Shown in pieces: positions 1 through 10,998 of a stretch of DNA of 64,000 nt. Origin of the DNA: Rhynchobatus australiae (Eukaryota). The stretch's first letter is position 1. The number at the start of each line of letters is the position of its first letter. The notes under the pieces are model-generated. The model made no database searches. It saw nothing but the letters and a program-made list of their open reading frames with translations, and was not told the origin of the DNA. A program made the position numbers and the translations under genes. The DNA is taken from the NCBI GenBank assembly GCA_034780895.1, contig JAUZTB010000048.1, positions 15,650,927 through 15,714,926 on the forward strand, given 5' to 3'.

Positions 1-3000
1 TTCCCTAACAAGTAGATGGTGTGCAAATTGATTAATTGTGTGCTTTCTAAAATTGGAGCTGAAAATCTATGCAGGACAGAATTTTTTTTTTGCTGAGCAT
101 GAGCTTTGTCTACCCAATTAATGATTTCATCTTACCATATGTCCTGTTCTGAGATTTAAGGTATAATCCAACTTGTTGCATTTCAGAATATGATTTTAGT
201 AATCAGTGTATCAGTTTGGAATAGAAAGTTGGTTGACCAGGCAAGTGATTTAAGATTTTTAGTAACCGGATATTAATGTAGACTAGCATGTCAGTACTGA
301 CACTGAATGATGTATTGCAGGTCTAGTCCTTTGCACTTAGTCACCTTTATACAGAATACTGAACAATGATTGTACACTAAAATGTGGCTTTCTACTGGAG
401 CTATATGTTTCTGTTTCAAAAATGTAAGAGAATTCCAATAATTATTAATTTACTGTTACGGATAAAGTTAATGTTCTTTGGTTCTACATTTCCAGGCAGG
501 TTTACATGTTTACACACAGTATAAAGTACAGCATTAAGAATAACATTCATAAACCTCAAGATCTGTTTGTTATTAGAGTAGCATTATCCTGACAGTTGCT
601 GATTCAGACACAAATGATGCCTTTAATTTGTTTTAAAATCATTTTAATTGAACAATTAAAATGTTTACATATTGATGTTTAATCTTCCTCTAAAATGGCG
701 TAGGGAGGAGAAATGAAACATCTTTAACAATTTTGCAGAAATTAGAAATCTTTGGGACTGAGTTCAGTTGATTTGTGAGCACATTTGGAGGGTTCACAGC
801 CAAACACACAAAAAGTTTGTAATGCAAGTTTATGTAGATTGTTCCAGTTGATAAATCTTATGGTGATTATGATCAGTGAAATTAAGTGAGAGGTTAGGTG
901 TGAAAGAACAGCTTGTTGAAGTTTGGATGGGCTGGATTTAGTTTCAGTTGGTGAGAGGTTGATGCTGTTGGAACCAGTATATCAAGTGGGTAGGGGAATT
1001 AAAGGTTATGGATGTAATAGCACTGTTAAACTTGAGAGAGAAAAAACGCAGTGGATTATTTTGCAGGTATTTGCTGGTGGAGAAATGCTTCACCCATTAC
1101 TACAAGAGCATGAGGTAAATTTGCAAGTGGGCTGTCCCTAGAGCGCAAATTGGATTAAGAGCATGCAAGATCTATCTACACTAATGGTGAGGTCAGTTTC
1201 TCACCACTAGTACATACGTAGAACATGACAGTGCTTTAAAATTAACAGATTAACTGATACAAAGTTAACATTAGAAAAATTATACTTTGACATTGAATGT
1301 ATCAGACTTTACAGTTTGAATTATTTTTCCTAGTTTAGGATTTTTCATCTGTTAAACTGTTCAAGGGGTACAGGTACTAAACTTTGAAAAGCTGATTGAT
1401 AACTTACATATTCATTGCTGATGAACTGAATTATTTTCTGGTTTGTGAATGTATTTTGCGTATTGGTGGCATGTAGACAGGATCTACCTGAGACCTACTC
1501 ACATGTTTGATGGTTCTATGGCTTACAACAGTAGTGCCTGAATGAAGCTTTCAGTGGAGTAGGCTGAACTCCTTTCACCTTGATGTTGATCCGAAGCACA
1601 ATGGAGTGCACCAGCATTTAGCTTCTGCAAATGTAGCGGCTGCAGAAGAATACGCTAATGACTTCCAATAAAATGCAACAAGTTAAGGTGAATTGTAGTT
1701 TAAAGTAGGCATAAATGGTTCCAATAAGAACACTACCATTTGAGTATACATCCTGATGAGTAAATACCACGATCGTTTCGGACAGTAGATTATCCATTTT
1801 AACGGAATCTGTTGTAGTGAACATCTCTAGAAAGCCTTTAAAAGGTGGTGAGGAAAGTAAACCTCAGGTTAATGATTCAGCTTGAAGGGAATACCTGGAT
1901 TAGTGCTGCTTTTCAATTGCTGCCTTTGTTGTGGCTGGAGAACAGCTAATCTTTTCTATAACAGCAGACAACTTGGTTTACCTCAGTTTCATGAATATGT
2001 TTAAGGATAAATTTTTAACCTGATGGGACTAAGGCCCCTTCACACACTAGGGTTTAATTCACCAATAAATTAAAAGAGCTGTTTCTGAGTTTACAGCAAC
2101 ACTGGATAAAGAACTGCACTTAATTTGGAGAGTGATCAAACTAGTTATAAATTGCCAGGCAAGATATTAAACAGACTTGAGTTAATTAATTATTAATATT
2201 AATGTAGTCCACTTTAATGGTAATTTTACTTGTTACCATGCTATATGTATTTTTTTCAGAAGCTTCAATTATTCCTAATAGATTTTCACTTTAGCTTTCA
2301 ATTATTTTTCTATATAATCATTTTTCAGGGACATCAGTGCTTCAGAGTAGTAATTTTTATTATCTATTATCAGCATCAAACAGTCTCAGGTTAGAATGCA
2401 TTGCATAGGTTAAAAGAAGATTAAACTCAAGCTGCAAGTCTTCTGGTGATTAGAGCTAAGAACTACAATTCTGCTCAGGTACTAAATGAAAGCTGAACCC
2501 CACCTCTGCCAATCCAAGAACTTAACATTTTTCTAATACCCCCTTGACTGAAACATTTAGTCAGGTTGGGCTCATGTCAGGTAGCCAGGCTCATTACAGG
2601 TATCCATCTGTTACAATCTGGGCTGAATTGAATTAGTTCTTTTAATCAGATTCTTTGCAGGAAGCTAAGTAGCTAAGTTCGATCGGCTGCATTTAGACCC
2701 AGGTCAAAGAGATAAAAGGATAATGAGATAGGACATGTCTCATTGAACCTTTATCTTTTATGTAATAACTTTTATATTATATTCTGTTTCTAATTGTTTT
2801 ATTCTTTTCAATCAAATATTCATCTCGTTCAATTAAGTGTGTGTAACTCTGAGACAATTATCCAGTGCATTTTCCACATATGTGAAGTAAGATACATGTT
2901 ACACTGATTTAAAATAAGAAGTTCACCTGTACCAAGTTTACTTAAAGGCAGTATTTTTCCAACAGGTTGCATGCAGAGGTCTTACCTATTGTGGGCTTTG

Positions 3001-3299
3001 TACTGATTGAAGCATAATTGCAAACAATGGGTATTGGGTAGTTTCATGATCAATAAACCATGGTTTTAATGCTAGAATAACAAAAAGGAATGATGGTTGG
3101 AGTATCATACTTGTGCAACTTGCCACTGCATTTTCGCTGAAATATGCCTAAGCTGGAATATGGTATTTTGGAGACATTACCTAGACCTAGGGAAGAAGAC
3201 TATAAGAAAGGCAGAATGACAGTGGTAATAGATTCTAGACCTGGGGTTCTTAGCAGCCATGACCAGGAATTAGAACCAGTACACTGCATCTCTGGCACC

Positions 3300-3680
3300 A
3301 TGCTAAAAGTTGTCTTGACATGGATGGACAACCTTTGGAGAAAATAGAAGAGCTTTTAATAGAGTAATTTGGGAAAATAGTATTTCTGATGGTTGTGGCA
3401 TGATGAGGCACAATCACCAATTTAAAATCATTACAATCAAATAAGGAGAGGGACTGGGGGAAATTTCTTTTAGTAGAGAGTTACTGGAATATTTAATGAT
3501 TAAAAGTGGTTGAGGGAGAAGCTATTGTCTTTTCGAAGGAAAAATAAAAACACTTTTGAACCTCAGAAAAGTTGAACAGCAATGGGAAGAGGGCAAGGGA
3601 GTATTTCTGACTTGCTGCATAAAAGAGTGAACACACAAATGATTACTGATTGGCTTTCTGTGCTGTAAACTTCTATGAGT
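3300..3680 (+). mobile_element. Old degraded CR1-type LINE 3' fragment
   Basis: Decayed CR1 3' phrases (aatttcttttagtagagagttactggaata; gctttctgtgctgtaaacttctatga tail). Confidence 0.45.
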
Positions 3681-6579
3681 TGCATTGTGCAGAAGCTTTT
3701 CATAATTCTCACCCTTGCCTAAGCATTTGATTTTAATATCGTTAACAGAAGAGAGTAAAGGTAAAAGGTAGTGGAGAGATGTATAACAATGTTTGGAGCA
3801 AATTGCAATTGCAAGCACTTTTGTGAGCAGCTCAAACTGTGGTGTGCTTATAAGGAGTTTACTCAAGCAGACCAGATCGCAGGACTCCTGACGCGCACAT
3901 TTTATAGGGGTGAGGTTCATGCCGTGAATGGAGCCTTGCTCTGGCTCAGGGACCTGGTTTTTATAGTTGAACAATGTTAATAAGGCTTGTGCTTGTCTCT
4001 GCGGCAGCCTCATTCTGCCCCACAAAATTACATGCCACAAATGTGGCGCTTATTGAAATGGGCCTGCAACCTCCCACATGGCTGTGGGATGCCCGAGGAG
4101 ACTCACAAGATCAGCCTTGTGCTTGAAGATTTCCAAGATATGAACATAAAAATAGAAATTTCCTTTGAAAATTAAGTTGAAATGCTGAACAGTTGCACTT
4201 TCAGTTTGGTACTGATTAAATAGAATTCTTTGTAGCCAAAATGTAAATCAAATGTTACATTTCCAAAAATACCAAACTGCAACTATAATTACAGTTTCTT
4301 AAAATATACAGCATGTTGTGAATAATTTAAAATGAGTCTTTTATGGGACTTTTTGTGAAAAGAGTTAGAATCAGCTTCAATGTGATAGATTAACATGTTN
4401 NNNNNNNNNTGCTTCAGACACTCTTGGTTTTCTATTTCAGCCAAATACTGGAATGTTTTGTAAAATTAGATAAAATTTCATGGCAACTGAAAGTACAAAA
4501 TCGCCCTAAATTTCAGATTCGCTCCATCATGAATTAATAACTGGAATAGCAATACCTAATATAAATGATACAGTATTTTATATTATAACCATATCAGCAA
4601 ATGAATATTGAATCAAATATTATTTCAGACTTCTACTCTGGCAGCAGGAAGTGCATGTTAAAGTTGCAACATCACTTTTGTCAGTTCACTATTACTCAAA
4701 ACCATGGTACTGTATATTAAATCTGGCTGCACAAACTTTTGCAAAACTTCTTTGCTTTTACATTGGCATTTTTGACCATGAGTATGCAAATACTGAATGC
4801 AATCAAAGGAAGGTCATTTCTACAAGCCAGTTCCTCCATAGAAATAAGCAGTTAAGGAGCCTAGTTTCAAGACTCTTACATTAATCTCAGTTTTTGATCT
4901 CCATGAAGTCCTTTCTTTGACATATCAGTTGAATTTGGAGTCGCAGCATTAATCGTATTCAATTACATTGCTTATTAGTAAATTATGATTTGGTTGCATA
5001 GAATTCAAGGCAGTTGCGGTTTATATCCTTGAAATAGTTACCTAGAAATCTATTGGCTTAAGGCCAGTTTTATAAGAGTAACACAGCAGAAATTTGGTCA
5101 CTGGGGCTCCTTTATTGGTATCCGAAGTGGTAAACAATAATTGGAATTTGCACTTATGCTTGTTGGACACTTCTGCAAAACCAAGTTATCTCAGTCATGC
5201 AAGGAATGTAGAGGGAGAATATGGGAGCAAGTGCTGCAAGTAATGAGGCAGGAGATGTTGATAGAGGATATAAGAATCATATTTTCATATTAGCTGCTCT
5301 TGAATTTCTTATAATATTGCAGCCCCATGGTGGGTATTAAGCTCTAGGCATTGGCCCCTTCCTTTCACCAAAGAAGGTGTTGGTTGGAAGGCTTTCTGCC
5401 TCTTTGGGCCAATAAAATCTCCCTTCCCCTGTCCACCCCTAAATGACAGCCTGCAATTTGGCATCTGGATGATCTATCTGGGCTTCTTCCTATCGATTTC
5501 CCAGATTCCCATGTTGCCTGTATCCAGAAAGCACTTCTCTATAAGAGCTGCCAGCTACCTTCAAAACTTGTTTGGGGTGCTTTTACTCTCTCCTCTTCAC
5601 CCCCATTACACACATACTCAATCAAACAGGATGGGTGCCACTGGTTGCACACCTGGATCACTGTAATAATGTCCTTGCACAATTCATCTTGTCTCTACAA
5701 CTGCGTAAAGTATTACCATCATCATGTGATGCAAACTCAGTTCCTTCTGATTCCAAGTCGGATGTAGATTGTTAAATGATGCTGATGCCTTTATGTGGAA
5801 CTCTTGCCCCTTCCTTGTAGAGTCATTTTTACAAGGTGATTTTGCATAGATTAACCCAAGAGCAATTCATTTTCTATTATTTTGGGGTGGTATCTCTTAG
5901 TATGTATGGACAACATACATCTTCAACCTTCTATACTGTAATGCAAAATTTGTATTTATTATTGAACCTTGAAAATGTTCTGAATTCATACTTTAAAAAA
6001 ATGCTTTATGTACACCACTTATTATATGAATACGGCCTGTTGGACAGTAACTGCTAACCCTCATGAAGGACATAGAAGGATGTTTTCATCACTGTTTCCT
6101 GACACACTGATCTTGTGTGCCCAGTAGTAATGCCAGTGTAAATTTTTCTGAATCACTGAATTCTCCAGAGGGAAAATACAAGATGATCTTGGTAAAAGTG
6201 GATTAGTTAAATCCATTACTCCTCTTCAATTATCTTTACAGTACTCAGTCAACTTTCCCATTAACTGGGCAAACTGAATGTACTGATGGAACCTAAGCTT
6301 CTGTATAGATGCATGGTATATATTGTCCTGATATTATACATTTGAGATATTATGAATTTGCTTCATGGTTTTGCAATCACACTGTCCACTGCCAGAATAC
6401 CATATTTATTGATCTATGCAGCAATCCATTTTTAAAACTATGGCAAGTTTATTTTGATCTGATCACCAGATGCACAAGAACAGCAGAGGAAGTTGGCCGT
6501 AGGAGAAAATGAAAAATGATATTTATTAAGATTTTTTTGTAATTATGCATTCTTAACTATGTTCAAATATTTCTTTCAG

Positions 6580-6635
6580 AAGGACAACAGATATGGGAGG
6601 TAGAGGCAACAGTAGATAAAGATAAAAGTCAGCCC
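6580..6635 (+). CDS. NFATC2: NFATC2 internal coding exon (IPT/RHD-C domain), 56 nt
   Basis: ttctttcag|AAGGACAA...AGTCAGCCC|gtaagt. Translates (phase 1) as EGQQIWEVEATVDKDKSQP, nearly identical to human NFATC2 DGQQIWEMEATVDKDKSQP as recalled, and unlike NFATC1 at the same position. Confidence 0.96.
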
Positions 6636-7397
6636 GTAAGTATGAAGCTAAAACGTGCTTTATGGTCAGACCTGCTGTGCATGAGTGAAGGGAATCTGAT
6701 GATAAGATTTTCCATAAACATTTAACAATAGAAAGATGGCTTAAGATATACTGATTGCTATTGACAAATATATGAACTCAAGGAAAAGTATCAGCAATGA
6801 TAAAACACAATGTCGTTCTATTCTGAATGCAATTAGTTTTATTCTTGCTGGTTACTACAATGATGAACCTATTTTTATATAGTTGCAAATAAAGGAAACT
6901 GTGAACCTAATTTAGTCCATCCAAGAATTGTTCTCTCTCTAAACGGTCAAATGCTGCTTGACTGAAACTGAGCATTTTTCAGTTTTATGAATTTTTATGA
7001 AGAAAATTTCTCAGTCATTTTGAAACCTTGCATCTTCAGTTCTTAAGATGATAGAACACCATTCCCACACCTTTGTTGATGCACTGATGTGAATAATGGG
7101 CATGAATCTGATGACCTGATTTTTAAACACTAAGAAATGAAAGGGGAGAAATTCACCCTTTGTCACTAATGCGAGATGGATGTGAGAGTTATCAGACCTC
7201 CAATCCACTCAGCTCCCACCTTCCTGATTCATTGATTTCACCTCATGGAAAGAAGCTGCCATTAATGTGGCAGCTGAGAATTTCAATAATACATAAACCT
7301 CTTTGTTGTATTTTGAGGTTCCCATAATGACACAGGGATGTGTAAGAAAAGCACCACATCACTGTAATATTTTTATCTTCTGTTTCTTTCTGTTTAG

Positions 7398-7527
7398 AAC
7401 ATGCTGTTTGTTGAAATTCCACGTTATCGGAACCAGCATATTCGCACACCAGCCAAAGTGAACTTCTGTGTTGTTAATGGAAAAAGGAAGAGAAGCCAAT
7501 CACAGAAATTTACCTATCTCCCTACAG
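7398..7527 (+). CDS. NFATC2: NFATC2 internal coding exon (end of IPT domain, NGKRKRS NLS), 130 nt
   Basis: tttctgtttag|AAC...ACAG|gtaaat. Translates as NMLFVEIPRYRNQHIRTPAKVNFCVVNGKRKRSQSQKFTYLPT. Phase 0 start matches the previous exon; contains the NFAT-family KRKR NLS. Confidence 0.97.
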
Positions 7528-8390
7528 GTAAATGACTCGAAGGGATGTCAGTGGACATCTATTCCATAAACCCACAACAGTACTTAATTCAGTCAGCATC
7601 AAATTGCTGGTTGGATGAAACATGTTGCCTTTCCTGCTTACACTAGGGTAAGGGGAAGAGAATCCCCTTGGAGGTTTATAATACAACGATGATAGTTGCA
7701 TCATGTCTCCAGGCCAACTCAATACTATAACATATGTGACTTATGTAATACTGGGATATAACATTTTAAGAATTTAGCATAAGACAAATGTTTAGAATAG
7801 AATATTCCAAACACTTGCCTGCCTGATGGAAATAGCCACACTGAAGAGAAATGCTGTATTGTTCAGTGTAAGTTCTTTTATAAATAAAGTGCCATTTTTG
7901 TTCGTTCAAGTAACTGGCTACCCTCCAGATTCTTAGTGAATGGATGAGAGAACGATACTCAAATACATGCTGCCTGCCTGACTCACACTAGAGTAAGAGA
8001 GGGAGGAAAATATTGCCCCAGGACTTGTATAATAAAGCAGCAGCAGTCTGAACCATGTCTCCAGGATAACTCAATACAAATGTTGCTATGATTGTTTTTA
8101 ACTATCTCTGAAGCTTGAGGGAAAAGCCAAGCCACATTCAAACAAACACATATTGTGCATATTTTCTTCGTTAAGTGCATGACTGGTTGGTTTTGCATGT
8201 GGCTAAGAGTAAAGAGGGAGGAAACTCCAACAACGGTTTCCAAAGGTTATTCGTTGAGCTAGGGCTACTTAGCAAGTTTAGTTGATTTGTCTTAAATTGA
8301 TTTGGGTTGGTTGGAATCTTTAGAGAAAGTGAAGTATTTTTCTCACATTGTTAGAAACACCACAAGAAGAAAGGAATACCACATTTATAA

Positions 8391-8592
8391 CAACACACAC
8401 AAAATGCTGGAGGAACTCAACAGGTCAGGCAACATCTCTGGAGGGAAATGGAGAGTTGATGGTTCGGGCCGAGACCCTTCACCAAATTTTGACTGTTCAT
8501 TTCCCTGCATAGATGCTGCCTGATCCACTGAGTTCCTCCAGCATTTTGTGTGTGTTGCTCCAGATTTCCGGCATCTGCAGAATCTCTTGTGA
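8391..8592. mobile_element. Penelope-type pLTR-derived fold-back element
   Basis: 8391-8419 is a perfect 29-bp reverse complement of 8529-8557, and imperfect pairing extends to ~65 bp. Shares gatgctgcctga...gagttcctccagcattttgtgtg with the hammerhead-bearing copies at 28380 and 36114. Confidence 0.75.
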
Positions 8593-9049
8593 CTACATTT
8601 TTAACAGTTGAATACAGACTAATAGCTCAACACTGCAACTTTATGATGAAGAAGCTGAGAGCTCATACAGCCGTAAATGTGTTAGGCACAGTCGGCATTA
8701 TTTATTTCCATTTTCGTCTTTTATTAAATAACTGTCCTGTTAGTGAAACATTTCAAATGAGTTCTGATTTGTAATCCGTTACCGCATTTTGAAGATATGA
8801 GAGGGGTTCTGCAGAGGCACAATGATCCAGTACTTAAGGCAACTTAGTGACTTCCAGCTTCTTATGCTGGACTTCTTTATAGAAATGTACCCCATTTTCA
8901 GGACCAATAAAAGTACATTAGACTGCTTAAGTAACTAAAGATCATTTATGAGAGTAATCAGAACTGTCGAATTTGAAGTACCTAAGAAGGGGTCGCACAC
9001 TTAGCTATGGCTCTTCTGATATGAGTTTTCTTGAGTGGAATCCGGGACT

Positions 9050-9212
9050 TAGACAGTCCCTTGGGATTGAGGATGACCTGCTTCGAGTCTGGTTCTGTGG
9101 ATTCTGACAGGTGGAGCAAGAAGTGCCTGATGGGATGGCTGGGTGGGTGATTGTGAGGTGCTGCACTCCTTCCACCATTACACAGGGTTTTTGCATACTC
9201 CCAATGGATGAT
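9050..9212 (-). mobile_element. RTE-type LINE 3' end fragment
   Basis: gacagtcccttgggattgaggatgacctgcttc resembles the reverse complement of the RTE 3' end at ~53903-53938 (gaagtaagtcatcctt...aagggactgtc). Confidence 0.5.
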
Positions 9213-10035
9213 CATAAGATTCTTACTGCCAAAATCAAATATACATTCTTTAATCCTATAGTCTGAGTCTATACCTTGAAGTTGAAGAAAGGTTTACGGT
9301 ATGTTATTATTTTTCACTGATCTTGAAAAAGAGTATCTTATAGTTTGAAGTAATGAATGCACGTGGTAAAATAATCCCCTAACCAATGCTTTCGGTGAAA
9401 TCTCTTGCCTTAGAATTTGAAAGCTATATGCCCATGTTACAGGCATTAAGCATGATAGGGAGGAATTATATAATCATTATTGTGTTAATAAAATGCACCA
9501 CCTGCTGTATTGGTATAATCAAAGAACAAGACATTCAGGCTTGTGTCAATAGCAGCCTTTAGTATACTTGCATCTGAAAATAAAAGGCCTATCGCCTGTT
9601 TAAGGGTCCTGAAGCACAGTTGGGTTGCCCTGAACATAGACTGCACTAGGCCAGATGCAATCAGGGAGATCATTCTTCCATGCAGTCTAACAGTGGTTCA
9701 AGAAAAATGATGCAAATTGCCAGCACAAAAGGAGATTGTTAAAGAAATGCGTAGTTTAATGTGGAGATAGGAGATGGAAAGTTGTTCTTTCTGGTTCCAA
9801 ATTATAAACAAATGATTGTCAGGCACTGTACAAGTCATTTCCTCACCTCACACCCACTCTTCCTCATTGTCTGCCTTTCCTTTCAAGCACTTAGCTGCAC
9901 AGATTGATGCAAGCAAATATCTTGGTTTTTAAGGAACCAACTATTCAGTAAATGTTTTGTGACTACAGATTGCTTAGAAACTATGTCTGTTAATGAAGTC
10001 AATGCTAAGTATGTTTATTATGTGATTTATTTCAG

Positions 10036-10998
10036 TGCCTGTCATTAAAACAGAACCTATTGATGAGTGCGAAGGTGCCATATTCTGCAATACTGTACAT
10101 CATGGAACCATGTCTCAGTTTTATTATACACAGCAGGTCATGACCCCTGTAATGGTTGCTGACCCCACTTCCTGTCTTGGAGGAAGCATGAATTCCTGTC
10201 GTTCTGGATTCTCTCCACATGATTCTAAGTATCAGCAGCAGAATCCAATANNNNNNNNNNNNNNNNNNNNNNNNNNNNNNNNNNNNNNNNNNNNNNNNNN
10301 NNNNNNNNNNNNNNNNNNNNNNNNNNNNNNNNNNNNNNNNNNNNNNNNNNAGCAGCAGAATCCAATAGGAGCTGTCTATCAAAGATCTAAAGGTGGCAGT
10401 CCGAATCATCTTGGCTATCAACCATCTGCCGTAATGGTGCCATCAATTCCTATAATTCAAGATGCTCACAGATCTGTGTTGGTACATGCAGGGTCACCTG
10501 CCCAGTCTTCAATGCTGCACCAGTCTCCTACCAATCAATCTTCTCCAATAATTCATCATTCCCCAAACAACCGCGAATCTTCTTCCATGATCCAAAATTC
10601 TCCAACCAACCATCAGTCATCCATGATACAACACTCCCCAACCCATCAGCAGTTATCGATGATTCACCATTCACCTACTAGCCAGCTATTGCGATACAAC
10701 AGCCACCAGGATTACCAGCAACAGGTGTATCCAGAGAATGATGCCCAAGTGCCTATTATGCGATCCACTACACCACAACCAGTACATCATGTGCAAAAAA
10801 ATAGTCCAAATCAATATCCAGCTGTGATTCAACAACAGCAGCAACCATCCAATACAATCCAGAAGGTTTCCAAAAACAGGCCCTCACCAAGTCATCTTGC
10901 AACATTGATAATGGATCAACAGGAGAAGGAAACTACAAGTTCTGGAGTCACAGTGAAGCAGGAACCACAGAACCTGGACCAGGCATACCTAGATGATG
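10036..10998 (+). CDS. NFATC2: NFATC2 large exon (C-terminal transactivation region); contains a 100-N gap
   Basis: tttatttcag|TGCCT...GATGATG|gtaagg. Reads VPVIKTEPIDE...QQQNP...DAHRSVLVHAGS...VTVKQEPQNLDQAYLDD. Both psi-K-x-E SUMO consensus sites (IKTE, VKQE) and the NFATC2-typical DAHRSVLVHAGS are present. Phase 1/1. Confidence 0.96.

Noticed and set aside
3522-4040. 172-aa minus-strand ORF and the overlapping 69-aa plus-strand ORF
   Set aside because: No recognisable domain or splice structure; partly overlaps a CR1 remnant.
1-6579. Preceding NFATC2 exon (SAHELP...GGQQMILTGQNF)
   Set aside because: Not found by eye; presumably upstream of the window.
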